Positions 26,420 to 36,524 of a stretch of DNA of 64,000 nt are shown here, in pieces (position 1 is the first letter of the stretch; each line of letters starts with the position of its first letter). The notes beneath the pieces are model-generated. The model did no database searches and was not told where the DNA came from. It was given only the letters and a program-made list of their open reading frames with translations. The stretch comes from a virus (lineage: Duplodnaviria > Caudoviricetes): positions 1 to 64,000 of IMG/VR virus record IMGVR_UViG_3300032234_001062, one strand, 5' to 3'. The translations under genes were made by a program, and so were the position numbers.

Positions 26420-29400
26420 TTAATTTTCTTTATAAAATCTTAATTTTAAATTTTCTCCAGTTGAATTTTGAAAAGTAACATAATTAGTGGAAGGTGATAT
26501 GAAGATATTAAATTTTCCTATAGTATTAGAAATATTAGAAACGATTGAACTACTTGTATCTATTGATATGATAGGTTCACCATTAGTAACTTTAATTCCC
26601 ATAGTTATATTTAAAGTAGGATCATTTAAATTAAAGATTCGATATAAACCAGTTTCTTGAGAACCATAAATATCATATATATCAATAGAATTATTATTTA
26701 AAATATTAATATCAACTCGATTATATTGTAAAAATTTAATTTCCTCAGCTTTTAAAATATCACTCTTAATTTCATTAAATATAGGTGAATTAGAACTTGT
26801 TTGGATGTTAGTAATATAATTTCTTCCTACTATTTGAGAAGTTCCCCATGGATCACCATCAAAACCATGTTGATAATATCTTAAATTTTTATTTAAATCA
26901 ATATATAACCAAGAAAAATATCCAAATTTATTAATACTAACATTACTTCTTGTTGCTGTTTTAATATTAAATGGTAAATTATTAAAAGGAGTTCCTAATC
27001 TATGTAAATTACCATCAGGATTGAATAACATCGTATAGAATTTATTACTTATTAATTCATAACCTAAAACTGTGCTCCAACCTTCTATTAATTTAGAGGA
27101 TCCTAATAAAATCCAATTAGAATTTTCTGGTTGAGAAATAGGTAAATCAAATTGTTGATTTACAATTTGATTAGTGCTATCTACTAAATTTTTATTAATT
27201 TTTTTAGTTATTGGATCAACCCAAACATTTAAAATATTATTATCATATTCGATAGATTGTAAGTAAATGTTTTTATCTATATTTTTATTATTACCTTCAT
27301 ATCTTATTTCAGTATTTTCATACCAATCTGAATCAGGAAAAATTCTTGATCTACTTATTACAAAATTTCTTAATTTCATAAATATTTGATCTGATTTATC
27401 TTTTTGATAATAATATACAACTGTAAAAGAATCTTTAGATATTGAAACTAAGTGAGCTGATATAAACATCATTTCACTTCTAAAAATTCCATCATCATCT
27501 ATTTGAGATGAATCTAAATTAAATGAATCAATTGAATAAATAGGATAATTTTTAACTATTATACCTTTCCAATTAATTCCTCCAACTTTAATTGAATTAT
27601 TTGTATATAAACGATTACGATTTTGTTCAGCTTTTAAAACTCTTTCATATTCTATATTATCTGTGAAAGGTAAAGTTAATGTTTTAGAATATAATTTATT
27701 ATTACTAATAAATACTGAGTAAAAATCATCAACCTCTCCACTTTTTTGAACAAAGAATTTATTTCCTAAACTAGTTTCATTAAAAATTCTTTTTGGAGTA
27801 CTATCAACAATAGTATTATTTTGTTTATTAATGAACGATACGTTATGATAATTAGATCCACCAGATACATTTGTATAAAATAAAACTAATCCATCATCAT
27901 ATGATGAATTAAATATTTGCGGTTCATCTAATATTTGATTTCCTGTTCCAGATGCAGAATAATAAGTACCAGAAGAGGATGTTGCTTCATTAATTCCAGC
28001 ATTATTAATACTGAATTGTATATCAAAAAAGTGAAGTGATCCTGTAGAATTACCAATCACAAAAATTTTATTATTATCAATTTTATCTGCTGTAAAATTA
28101 ATTTTAGAATATTGACGACTAGAATTAAGATTTAATGAATATGGAGTTACAGTAAATAAATTTGTAAAATTTAAAGTTCCACTAAAATCTGATGAAAAAT
28201 TAAGAAAATTTAATCTAGTTTCATTATTTGTTGGTGATATTAAATATCCAACATTATCTTTTCTATAAAAAGCAACATCATATTCTGCGTTAACTCCACT
28301 TAATACGTTTAATGTTGGATTATAATATGTACTAGCACTATTAGTATATTTAGTTGTATCAGTGGCTCCAAAATTAGAAGATGTTTTTAAACTATTATAA
28401 TTTACACCGTGAATATGATATTTTTTATCAGAAGTATTTAATAAAATTATTCCTAAAATATTATCTGCGATGCTTATAATTTTTCCAAAATTTTTAGAAT
28501 AATTAGCAGAATTTACTATATCTAATCTTTGAGTTGATTTTTTTATAGTAAAACCATCAACTTTAAAAAATTCTAAATAAACATTACTTGAATTAGCCCA
28601 TAAAATAAAAATTAATTTTAAATTATCTTGATTCAAAAAGAATATATCTTCTATTTTTGGTGTAGTTCCAGATAAAGAAAAATCTAAGGAATTATAACTT
28701 GAATTTATTGAATGAGTTGTTTTATTTATCGTTGAAACAACCTTGATATTATAATTAGTTGATGTAGTTTGAGAAATAAATAAATAATTATTATTATCTA
28801 ATAATATGTTTTTGAAGAAATAATCAGCTGTATATGAAGATGATAATTCAAAATTAGTGTTTTGAATTATATTTTTAGTAAAACTAGGTCTAAAATTATA
28901 TACTGAATATTTATATGTATTTCCTTGCATATAAGTTGCAATTAAAGTTGATTGTCCTACTGTGTTTAAATTTATTAAACTTGCACCAGTAACTAATGAA
29001 TCTTCAAAAGAATTATATAATTCACCACCATCATTAAAAAATGCTTTTAGAATAATTTTTCCTGCTTTAATATATGAAACAATAAAAATATCTTCATTTA
29101 AAACAGACATTGAAATACTATCTATTTTTTCAGTTAATCCAGATTCTATAAATATAGGACTAGGAAGAGTTTTAGATGTATTAGAATCATTAATTGGATA
29201 TTTCCATCTCTTTGTCCAATGATCTAAAATTACTAATTTAAGACTAAATTGTTCAAAAATTTCTTTATCTAAATATAAGATAGCAATATCATTATTATCT
29301 AATTCAATTACATTAATAATATTTCCAGTAACTGTAATATTATTATTAGTAATTGTTCTATAATCTATTGTTTTAGATACAGCAGTAGAATCATCAAAAA

Positions 29401-32400
29401 ATTGTAATTTTCCTTCTTGATCAAATATTTTAATTTTAGATCCAAAAATATTAGAATATGCTACTAGGAATGAATCTTTAGAGAATTTACAAATAGATGG
29501 ATATGTTGTTAAAGTATTATCACTATCAATAATCTTTATATCAGTTTGTATTGTTCTAGGTACATTAGCTGTTGGATAATAATAGTAAGTTATTAATCCT
29601 ATTTCAGTAATTGATCTTTGAAATACTATTCCTATTCTATTAAGTCCTGTATTATTTATTTCAAATATAAATGGAGATATAATTGGTAAATCAGGAGAAA
29701 TTATAGTTTCTGAATCAGTTAATTGAACTCCATTTATATCGAATAATTTTATTTTAATGTAATAATTTTGTCCAGATGTTAATGTTAATAAAGATACATA
29801 TGCTACTGCAAAATAATTTTCATTAAATTTACAAATTCTAACTTCATTACAAGAAATAGTATCTACTATTACTTCATTAACAGTTGTAGTGCTTTGTGCT
29901 CCAATATCAGATGTTTCTTCTGATTTAATGAATTTTATTATTTTTATTTTTGGACGAGAATTATCAGGACTAATAAAAGCTGTAATTACAGAATCATTTA
30001 TATATACTGTTGATCTTTTAATAGTTGAACTGCTAAAACCAGTTAAAGGATAAGTAACATTGCTTAAACCTAAATTTTGTCCCTGTAAATTTTGAGCGTT
30101 AATAAATTCATATGGTTTATATTTAATTGTTTCTGTTTTTAAATATAATAAATTTTCTTTATATCTTGTGGAATCTAATACTAATGATTTACTTAAATAT
30201 TTTTCTGAAATTATTTTAGTTGTGCTTTTATTAGAATTTAAATCATTTAAATCTTTATCTAATAATTTAATGAATTCTCTTTGTTTTAATCTTCTTTTAA
30301 CATCTAAATTACAATTAATATTAGATAAAAATTCATAATTATTTTTTCTTAATAATCCATAAAGCATCATATTCTTTTCAAATGGTGCTGGATATAAATA
30401 ATTCCATTTACTATCTATTGAATAATCTAAATCATATAATCCATCATCAATAACCATTTTAGAATTTTCTATAGGATTTTCAAAAATTAATTTCTTTTTA
30501 TAGAAATCTGATAATGAAGAATAGAATCCATCATTAGTTGGAACAAAAGATTCATCATAAAAATTAATTCCTACAAATGGCAAAGTAGATCCACTAGCAT
30601 ATACTGTTGTAGTACCTGTAGGACTATAAATATAATTTTCACTATAATCTAAAAAAGAAAAGTCTGATATTAATTGTCCAGTAGTAAAATCCTCTGTAGA
30701 GATTGAATCTTTTTCTAATGATATATTCTCTAATAAAACATTATTTTTACCTACATAAATAGGAGTATCGTATAAGTGATTACTAAATTTTACTAAATAC
30801 TTCTCTTCATCAAAAGAGAAATTAGTAAATTCTGAATCTTTATAAACTATATTATAACTATCATTTATATCTACATCGAATGGACCAGTAAATCCAAAAT
30901 TTTCATCACTAATTAATCCATTGATTTTCCAACTTTTTTTAATTTCATTTTCTTCATTGAATTTATAATCAATATCTGAAATTTTATCTTGTAGATTTAT
31001 TTTTAATGTATCACTAACATCTACATGTTTAATTGAGAAATCTGTACTATTACCATCTATTACATCATATTTATTATATGATACAAATACTCTTCTAGGA
31101 ATTGCATCTGGATGAAATTTAAAAGCACCTATATGTACATCAACAAAAACTTCATCTTCATCTTGAGAATAATTTATTTTTTCGTCTAATGATCTAGCAA
31201 TAACTTGATATTTTGTTGGTCTAAAATGAGGAGCTTGAGAACGATCATTATATTGAGTTGAGATATCTCCAAATTCATCTTCTATTTTAAAACTATCACC
31301 TGGATATTTACCTGTAACTGTTCTATAATAAACTTCTACAAAAGACGAACTAGCATCATTATTATTTGAAATTAAAGATTCAGTAACAATATATGGAGTT
31401 CCTTGCTGTTGTGGATTAGTAATATCATTATAACCTTTTAAACTTAAAAAATACCATGTAGATGAATTTATTTTAGGTATATTATTTAAATCTGTATATT
31501 CTAATGATACTTTAGAATAAGAATTTTGATCACCAAAAGTACCATTAATTCCACTTAATACTTGACTTTTAATGTTGTCAGAAGTAATATAATTACTTGA
31601 ATTAGTTACATCTTGAATTTGATTTTTAAAAATAATAAATTGAGATGAAGTAGTGATATCTTTGTATAATCCAGTGACTTGTATGTAATTTCTTTGAACT
31701 TCTATTATTTTTCCAATCTGTAAATAACCTTGTCCAGATGATATTAGAATAAAATCTGATCCTTCATTTAAAACTGTAATTCCAAAAGAATTAAAATTAA
31801 GATTAACATTAGTTATTGTAGTTACTTTTTGATTATTTTGAATTATAGAGTTAACATTTGTAGATGTTAATGGATCACTTAATTGTGGATACGTTGATAT
31901 TTTATATGTAATACCCTCTTGACCTATTGAAGTTGGGTTATTTCTTATTCCTAAATTAAAAGAAATTAAATCAACAAAATTTAATCCAAAAACATTATTT
32001 TGAATATTAGTTAGTATAAAAGGTATATTAGTTAATTTTCCAGTATCAATATTAGCGTAGTGTGGCTGTGGAACACTAGTTTCATCATAAACTTTTAAAT
32101 ATGTATCATTATTAGTATCTTCATTATATGAATATCCTATAACTGGACTAGTTATTATACCTTGTCCATCTTCCCAATCTAATAATCTACCTTTAATATC
32201 TGTTAGATGTACAAAATCATTTGTTTTAATATAAAAATAACTATTATATTCATTTATTGGGGCTTTAATTATATTTTGAACGCCACCTGTAATTCCAGCA
32301 ATTGATGTTATATTTTTTATTGAATCTATAACTACAGAGGTTGAACTATCTGATGTTTTATAAAGTAAAACAGATAAAACACCTATTGTTTTTAAATCTA

Positions 32401-33439
32401 CATATCCACCTGCAATAACTTGATTTTTACTATTATCTCGATAAAGAGGTATTTTAATATTAATGGTATAATTAACAGAATCTAATGATAATATTTCAAA
32501 TGATCCATCGAATGTTTTATTATCTGTTTTAACTAAATTTAAAAAATCACCTATTGAAAAATCATTTGTTATTGATCTATTACTTTTTTTAACTTTAACT
32601 TGATGAGTTGTTCCACTTACATAAACAATACTTTCAATTTGATATATTACATCTAATTGAGTATTGATTGGTGGAATTGTCTGTATAACTTCAGTTCCTT
32701 TTAATATTTCCCATTGTGATTTTTGTATATTATATGAAATTAAATCTCTACGATAAACTTCATAATTACTATAATCACCAATTGTATCTATTTCTTTTCC
32801 TATTTCAAAAGTAGGAATATCCATAAATAAAACTACTGATCCAGAAGCTAATGTATAATTTGATTTTAAATTTTGTGATAATTCTACAGATGTTCCTGTA
32901 ATTCCAACTACTTGAGTTCCATCTCGAAACTCAGATCCAAATATTATAGATCCTTGACTAATATTATTTTGAATATCAATATCAGTTGAATTTAATTCAA
33001 TAATTTTTGTAGATCCACTTGCTACACTTTTAACTGTAGAATAAAAACTAGAAGGTTCTAAGAAGATGATTTCGTCGTTATATTTAATTTGTCCACTTTT
33101 GATTCCAAAAGATTTAATATAATCTCCATCGACTCTTTCATCTATTTTTACATTATAAATTTCAAAATTATCACCAACATTATAAAATGATCCATTTGAA
33201 ATTAATGAATTTATTTTTTGATATTCATCAAATAATTTTTTATCGTTATGTAATAAATCAATAAAAGTTTGATCTATTTGAGATGAATCAACATTATCAC
33301 CAAATTTTACTAATCTAATAGTTTCTTCATTATAACTAGCACCAATATCTAATGAACTAAAATTTTGGTTAGCAACAGTAGGAATATCAACAAAAGAGTT
33401 ACTTTGTAAGGAGAAATATTTTTTTCTTAGAACGCTCAT
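26420..33439 (-). CDS. Very large (2339 aa) baseplate/tail-fibre structural protein
   Basis: Beta-rich, in the tail cluster, with a propeller-like C-terminal half and the shared C-terminal module; no catalytic motif recognised. Confidence 0.55.
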   Translation of the reverse strand: MSVLRKKYFSLQSNSFVDIPTVANQNFSSLDIGASYNEETIRLVKFGDNVDSSQIDQTFIDLLHNDKKLFDEYQKINSLISNGSFYNVGDNFEIYNVKIDERVDGDYIKSFGIKSGQIKYNDEIIFLEPSSFYSTVKSVASGSTKIIELNSTDIDIQNNISQGSIIFGSEFRDGTQVVGITGTSVELSQNLKSNYTLASGSVVLFMDIPTFEIGKEIDTIGDYSNYEVYRRDLISYNIQKSQWEILKGTEVIQTIPPINTQLDVIYQIESIVYVSGTTHQVKVKKSNRSITNDFSIGDFLNLVKTDNKTFDGSFEILSLDSVNYTINIKIPLYRDNSKNQVIAGGYVDLKTIGVLSVLLYKTSDSSTSVVIDSIKNITSIAGITGGVQNIIKAPINEYNSYFYIKTNDFVHLTDIKGRLLDWEDGQGIITSPVIGYSYNEDTNNDTYLKVYDETSVPQPHYANIDTGKLTNIPFILTNIQNNVFGLNFVDLISFNLGIRNNPTSIGQEGITYKISTYPQLSDPLTSTNVNSIIQNNQKVTTITNVNLNFNSFGITVLNEGSDFILISSGQGYLQIGKIIEVQRNYIQVTGLYKDITTSSQFIIFKNQIQDVTNSSNYITSDNIKSQVLSGINGTFGDQNSYSKVSLEYTDLNNIPKINSSTWYFLSLKGYNDITNPQQQGTPYIVTESLISNNNDASSSFVEVYYRTVTGKYPGDSFKIEDEFGDISTQYNDRSQAPHFRPTKYQVIARSLDEKINYSQDEDEVFVDVHIGAFKFHPDAIPRRVFVSYNKYDVIDGNSTDFSIKHVDVSDTLKINLQDKISDIDYKFNEENEIKKSWKINGLISDENFGFTGPFDVDINDSYNIVYKDSEFTNFSFDEEKYLVKFSNHLYDTPIYVGKNNVLLENISLEKDSISTEDFTTGQLISDFSFLDYSENYIYSPTGTTTVYASGSTLPFVGINFYDESFVPTNDGFYSSLSDFYKKKLIFENPIENSKMVIDDGLYDLDYSIDSKWNYLYPAPFEKNMMLYGLLRKNNYEFLSNINCNLDVKRRLKQREFIKLLDKDLNDLNSNKSTTKIISEKYLSKSLVLDSTRYKENLLYLKTETIKYKPYEFINAQNLQGQNLGLSNVTYPLTGFSSSTIKRSTVYINDSVITAFISPDNSRPKIKIIKFIKSEETSDIGAQSTTTVNEVIVDTISCNEVRICKFNENYFAVAYVSLLTLTSGQNYYIKIKLFDINGVQLTDSETIISPDLPIISPFIFEINNTGLNRIGIVFQRSITEIGLITYYYYPTANVPRTIQTDIKIIDSDNTLTTYPSICKFSKDSFLVAYSNIFGSKIKIFDQEGKLQFFDDSTAVSKTIDYRTITNNNITVTGNIINVIELDNNDIAILYLDKEIFEQFSLKLVILDHWTKRWKYPINDSNTSKTLPSPIFIESGLTEKIDSISMSVLNEDIFIVSYIKAGKIILKAFFNDGGELYNSFEDSLVTGASLINLNTVGQSTLIATYMQGNTYKYSVYNFRPSFTKNIIQNTNFELSSSYTADYFFKNILLDNNNYLFISQTTSTNYNIKVVSTINKTTHSINSSYNSLDFSLSGTTPKIEDIFFLNQDNLKLIFILWANSSNVYLEFFKVDGFTIKKSTQRLDIVNSANYSKNFGKIISIADNILGIILLNTSDKKYHIHGVNYNSLKTSSNFGATDTTKYTNSASTYYNPTLNVLSGVNAEYDVAFYRKDNVGYLISPTNNETRLNFLNFSSDFSGTLNFTNLFTVTPYSLNLNSSRQYSKINFTADKIDNNKIFVIGNSTGSLHFFDIQFSINNAGINEATSSSGTYYSASGTGNQILDEPQIFNSSYDDGLVLFYTNVSGGSNYHNVSFINKQNNTIVDSTPKRIFNETSLGNKFFVQKSGEVDDFYSVFISNNKLYSKTLTLPFTDNIEYERVLKAEQNRNRLYTNNSIKVGGINWKGIIVKNYPIYSIDSFNLDSSQIDDDGIFRSEMMFISAHLVSISKDSFTVVYYYQKDKSDQIFMKLRNFVISRSRIFPDSDWYENTEIRYEGNNKNIDKNIYLQSIEYDNNILNVWVDPITKKINKNLVDSTNQIVNQQFDLPISQPENSNWILLGSSKLIEGWSTVLGYELISNKFYTMLFNPDGNLHRLGTPFNNLPFNIKTATRSNVSINKFGYFSWLYIDLNKNLRYYQHGFDGDPWGTSQIVGRNYITNIQTSSNSPIFNEIKSDILKAEEIKFLQYNRVDINILNNNSIDIYDIYGSQETGLYRIFNLNDPTLNITMGIKVTNGEPIISIDTSSSIVSNISNTIGKFNIFISPSTNYVTFQNSTGENLKLRFYKEN

Positions 33440-33445
33440 ATAATC

Positions 33446-33453
33446 TATTTTTA
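33446..33453 (-). promoter_or_regulatory. TAAAAATA motif 6 nt upstream of SD-less ATG 33439
   Basis: TAAAAATA-GATTAT-ATG. Confidence 0.35.
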
Positions 33454-33482
33454 ATCTTTTAGTTTATTTTATTTTTATTTTT

Positions 33483-34715
33483 TCATAAAATGCTTTTTAT
33501 TGTCCAAGAAATAAGATATGAAGAAGCAGCATTTTTTTCAAAACCTTTTGGAGTAGAATCAGATGGAAAAGGAAATCTAATTATTGAAAATAAATCATCT
33601 CTAGAATTAAAAAGAAATGCTTCTGTATAATATACATTTAATCCAGAACTACCATTACCTTCATTTTGAGCCATAGTAACACTAAAAGTGGCACTATAAT
33701 CATCTATAAAAGATGATCCTGTAGAGTTATTATAAACAGGAGATACTGTTGAATAATAATCTATTCCACTGGATAATGGAAATCTTGTTGCTGCTATACC
33801 AGTTCCAAAATTATATCCAGTTTTAGGAACTACTGAATTAACCATATTATAATATCCACTAGGAAATGTAATTCTAAAACTTGTGATATTATTTACTGCT
33901 CCTGTTCCCAATGTAAATTGAACTGCCCAATATCCTTTTGTATCTGCTCCAGTAGGATAATTATAATAAATTTTATGAGCACTTGCACTTGCATTTAAAT
34001 AACTACTTCCAGAATTAACGATTGGAACATTACCATTTGTATCTCTTGAGTAAATAGTATTAAAATTTAAAGATGCTATAACATTTCCAGTACTATTTAA
34101 AAATTCTACTAATAATTTTTTATGAGATGGAGGACGATCTGAATCAACAATAGCACTTCCAAAAATATTAGATGTAATTGCAACTGGAATAACTTTATTG
34201 ACTCCCCACGTATTGCCATATGTACTAGTAAGTATTGGTCCAGATGAAACATTGCTTGCTGAATTAGTATTAATAGGTCCAGTTGATCCAGAGGGGGCTC
34301 CTGGTGTTGCTAATGGAAATCTTCCACCTGCAGGTGAATAGGATGAAGACGAAGTTAAATTAGGTCTATAAACTGGTTCTAATAAATCATAATAATATAA
34401 TCCTAAATCTGTTCCATAAGCAAAATCATTGCTTGTATAAGGAGCATTACCAAATCTCATTCTAGAGATTTTATATTGAGTTGGATCTATTGTTCCTCTC
34501 CAACTAGATGTTCCTTGTGCTAATAATCTTATTACTGTACTTTTTGAAAGATTAGTAATTTCATTATGAAAAGAAAAAGTATCAACTTGTACACCATTTT
34601 GATATTTAATCCACTTAAATTCTCCTGCTAATCCACCAATATCTTCACTAAATTTGTCTATCGGTTCTTTACCTTTAGTAAAATTTTTATTCCATATCTT
34701 TTTAAATAAATTCAT
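33483..34715 (-). CDS. Baseplate/tail-collar fibre-attachment protein
   Basis: HNEITNLSK…ISRMRFGN at the N-terminus and YYTEAFLF…LFSIIRF…K…LISWTI at the C-terminus resemble the myophage tail-collar domain with an insertion. Confidence 0.5.
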   Translation of the reverse strand: MNLFKKIWNKNFTKGKEPIDKFSEDIGGLAGEFKWIKYQNGVQVDTFSFHNEITNLSKSTVIRLLAQGTSSWRGTIDPTQYKISRMRFGNAPYTSNDFAYGTDLGLYYYDLLEPVYRPNLTSSSSYSPAGGRFPLATPGAPSGSTGPINTNSASNVSSGPILTSTYGNTWGVNKVIPVAITSNIFGSAIVDSDRPPSHKKLLVEFLNSTGNVIASLNFNTIYSRDTNGNVPIVNSGSSYLNASASAHKIYYNYPTGADTKGYWAVQFTLGTGAVNNITSFRITFPSGYYNMVNSVVPKTGYNFGTGIAATRFPLSSGIDYYSTVSPVYNNSTGSSFIDDYSATFSVTMAQNEGNGSSGLNVYYTEAFLFNSRDDLFSIIRFPFPSDSTPKGFEKNAASSYLISWTIKSIL

Positions 34716-36524
34716 TTAAATACTCTCCACTATAAAATCTTCAACTAATAAATTTTTAAAATCATATACATTACTTTCATCGAATTTTAATAAAGTATCC
34801 CATTTATTAAAAAACGATAATTCCTCTAGGAGACCTTTAACATCTCCAATATTAAAATCAGTATCAATTATATTTGCTATTTCATCTACTAAATAATCCT
34901 TAAATTCATTTAAAATACTTACTACTAATTGGTCATCTAAAATTGACGAAACATCAAATGTATCAACAGGTATATCTTCTTGAAAAGTTTCTAATATATA
35001 TTGTATATGTGATGGACGTAAAAATTCTAAATATCTTTTAATTAAAATCTTTTTTTCTAAAGAAAAATTTTGAGGATCTTGAAAAACATTATCATTGATA
35101 CTATTATTAAAAATAATTCTAATATAATTACTTTTATTATTTTTAAAGACATTAACATCATAATTATTTGTTTTATCAATAATACCTGTTAAATCACTTT
35201 TACTTTTATATGATATGCTTCCATCAGAATTTAAAACTTTAATATAATTGCCAATCGAGTTATAATCATTACCTAGTAAATTATTATTTTTTCTAGGATC
35301 TAATCTAGGATAAGGAGGATTATCTATTAATGAACCATCAGTTGAATATGCATAAAATGTAGATAAAGATTCATCTTCTGAATTAATTTCTATTAAATTT
35401 CCATCATTATCGTACCAAAATTCTTGTAGTGTAGTAATATATCCTAAAGCGTTAAAAAATAAATCATAAGTTAATTTAGTTCCTCTAATAGAAACAAGAT
35501 CAAACATATTTGAGACTAATTCTCTAAAAGTTTCATTATTAGACCACTCATATTTAGTTCCTAATTGTGTAAAATCAATTCTTTCAAATCCAACATTTTG
35601 TGCTAACATTGAAATAAATTGACTTTTACCTTCCCTAAAATTAGAAATAATTTTTAAATCTTCATTATAAGCATATAATATATCTAACATTTCCATTAAA
35701 GTATCAAATATACTTTTAGTAAATTGATTGTTTTTAATGTTATCTGCATCTATTTGTGGGAAAAAATAATCTAAATAATTATCTTTAAAAAAACTATCAT
35801 GACATAAAAACTGTTTTGAAATATAAAATTTTTCATTATCATATTCATATATTATTTTTATTATTCCACTACCTTCTTTGAGTGACATAACATCTATTGT
35901 TTTTAATGATGAATCAAAAGAATTAGGAATAATATAAAAATTACTTGGATCTAATGAAAATACTTCTAAATTTGGATAATTAGTAATATTTACTTCACCT
36001 TCATCGCTAGTTACAGCAATAAAAGACATTTTAATTATTTGATCTTTTAGATAATTATTAAATTCATTTCTAACTATTCCTTTAACATAATTATCTTTAA
36101 ATTGAATTGTTTGAAAAATAGAATCATCAAATTCTGGAAAAATTTTAACGCTAGAATATTCATTTAGTGTTAATGATCTAATAATCATCTTATTATCTTC
36201 ATTCATATATACGAATTCATGATTTACTGGAAAAGATGAATAATAAGAATCAGATGTTCTAATTGCTTGATTAATCATTAAGGCTAAGGAATCATTTCTT
36301 TGAGTTTCAATATTGTTTTTATATATACCAGTTGTTAATTCAACAGAAAAATATTCAGATTGTAATAACATACTACCATTAGGTAAATTATTATTAGGAT
36401 TTTTAGAATCTATTTTAAAATATAAAGTTTTATTTGAATTATCAATTATAACTTCATCTAAAGATAAAATTGATGTTAAACTAACTTCAGGTTGATGATC
36501 AATTCTTAAATTTAATATTTTCAT
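34716..36524 (-). CDS. Baseplate wedge protein (T4 gp7/P2 gpI-like)
   Basis: FISMLAQNVGF, SIRGTKLTYDLFFNALGY, YLEFLRPSHI; follows the gp6-like gene. Confidence 0.6.
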   Translation of the reverse strand: MKILNLRIDHQPEVSLTSILSLDEVIIDNSNKTLYFKIDSKNPNNNLPNGSMLLQSEYFSVELTTGIYKNNIETQRNDSLALMINQAIRTSDSYYSSFPVNHEFVYMNEDNKMIIRSLTLNEYSSVKIFPEFDDSIFQTIQFKDNYVKGIVRNEFNNYLKDQIIKMSFIAVTSDEGEVNITNYPNLEVFSLDPSNFYIIPNSFDSSLKTIDVMSLKEGSGIIKIIYEYDNEKFYISKQFLCHDSFFKDNYLDYFFPQIDADNIKNNQFTKSIFDTLMEMLDILYAYNEDLKIISNFREGKSQFISMLAQNVGFERIDFTQLGTKYEWSNNETFRELVSNMFDLVSIRGTKLTYDLFFNALGYITTLQEFWYDNDGNLIEINSEDESLSTFYAYSTDGSLIDNPPYPRLDPRKNNNLLGNDYNSIGNYIKVLNSDGSISYKSKSDLTGIIDKTNNYDVNVFKNNKSNYIRIIFNNSINDNVFQDPQNFSLEKKILIKRYLEFLRPSHIQYILETFQEDIPVDTFDVSSILDDQLVVSILNEFKDYLVDEIANIIDTDFNIGDVKGLLEELSFFNKWDTLLKFDESNVYDFKNLLVEDFIVESI

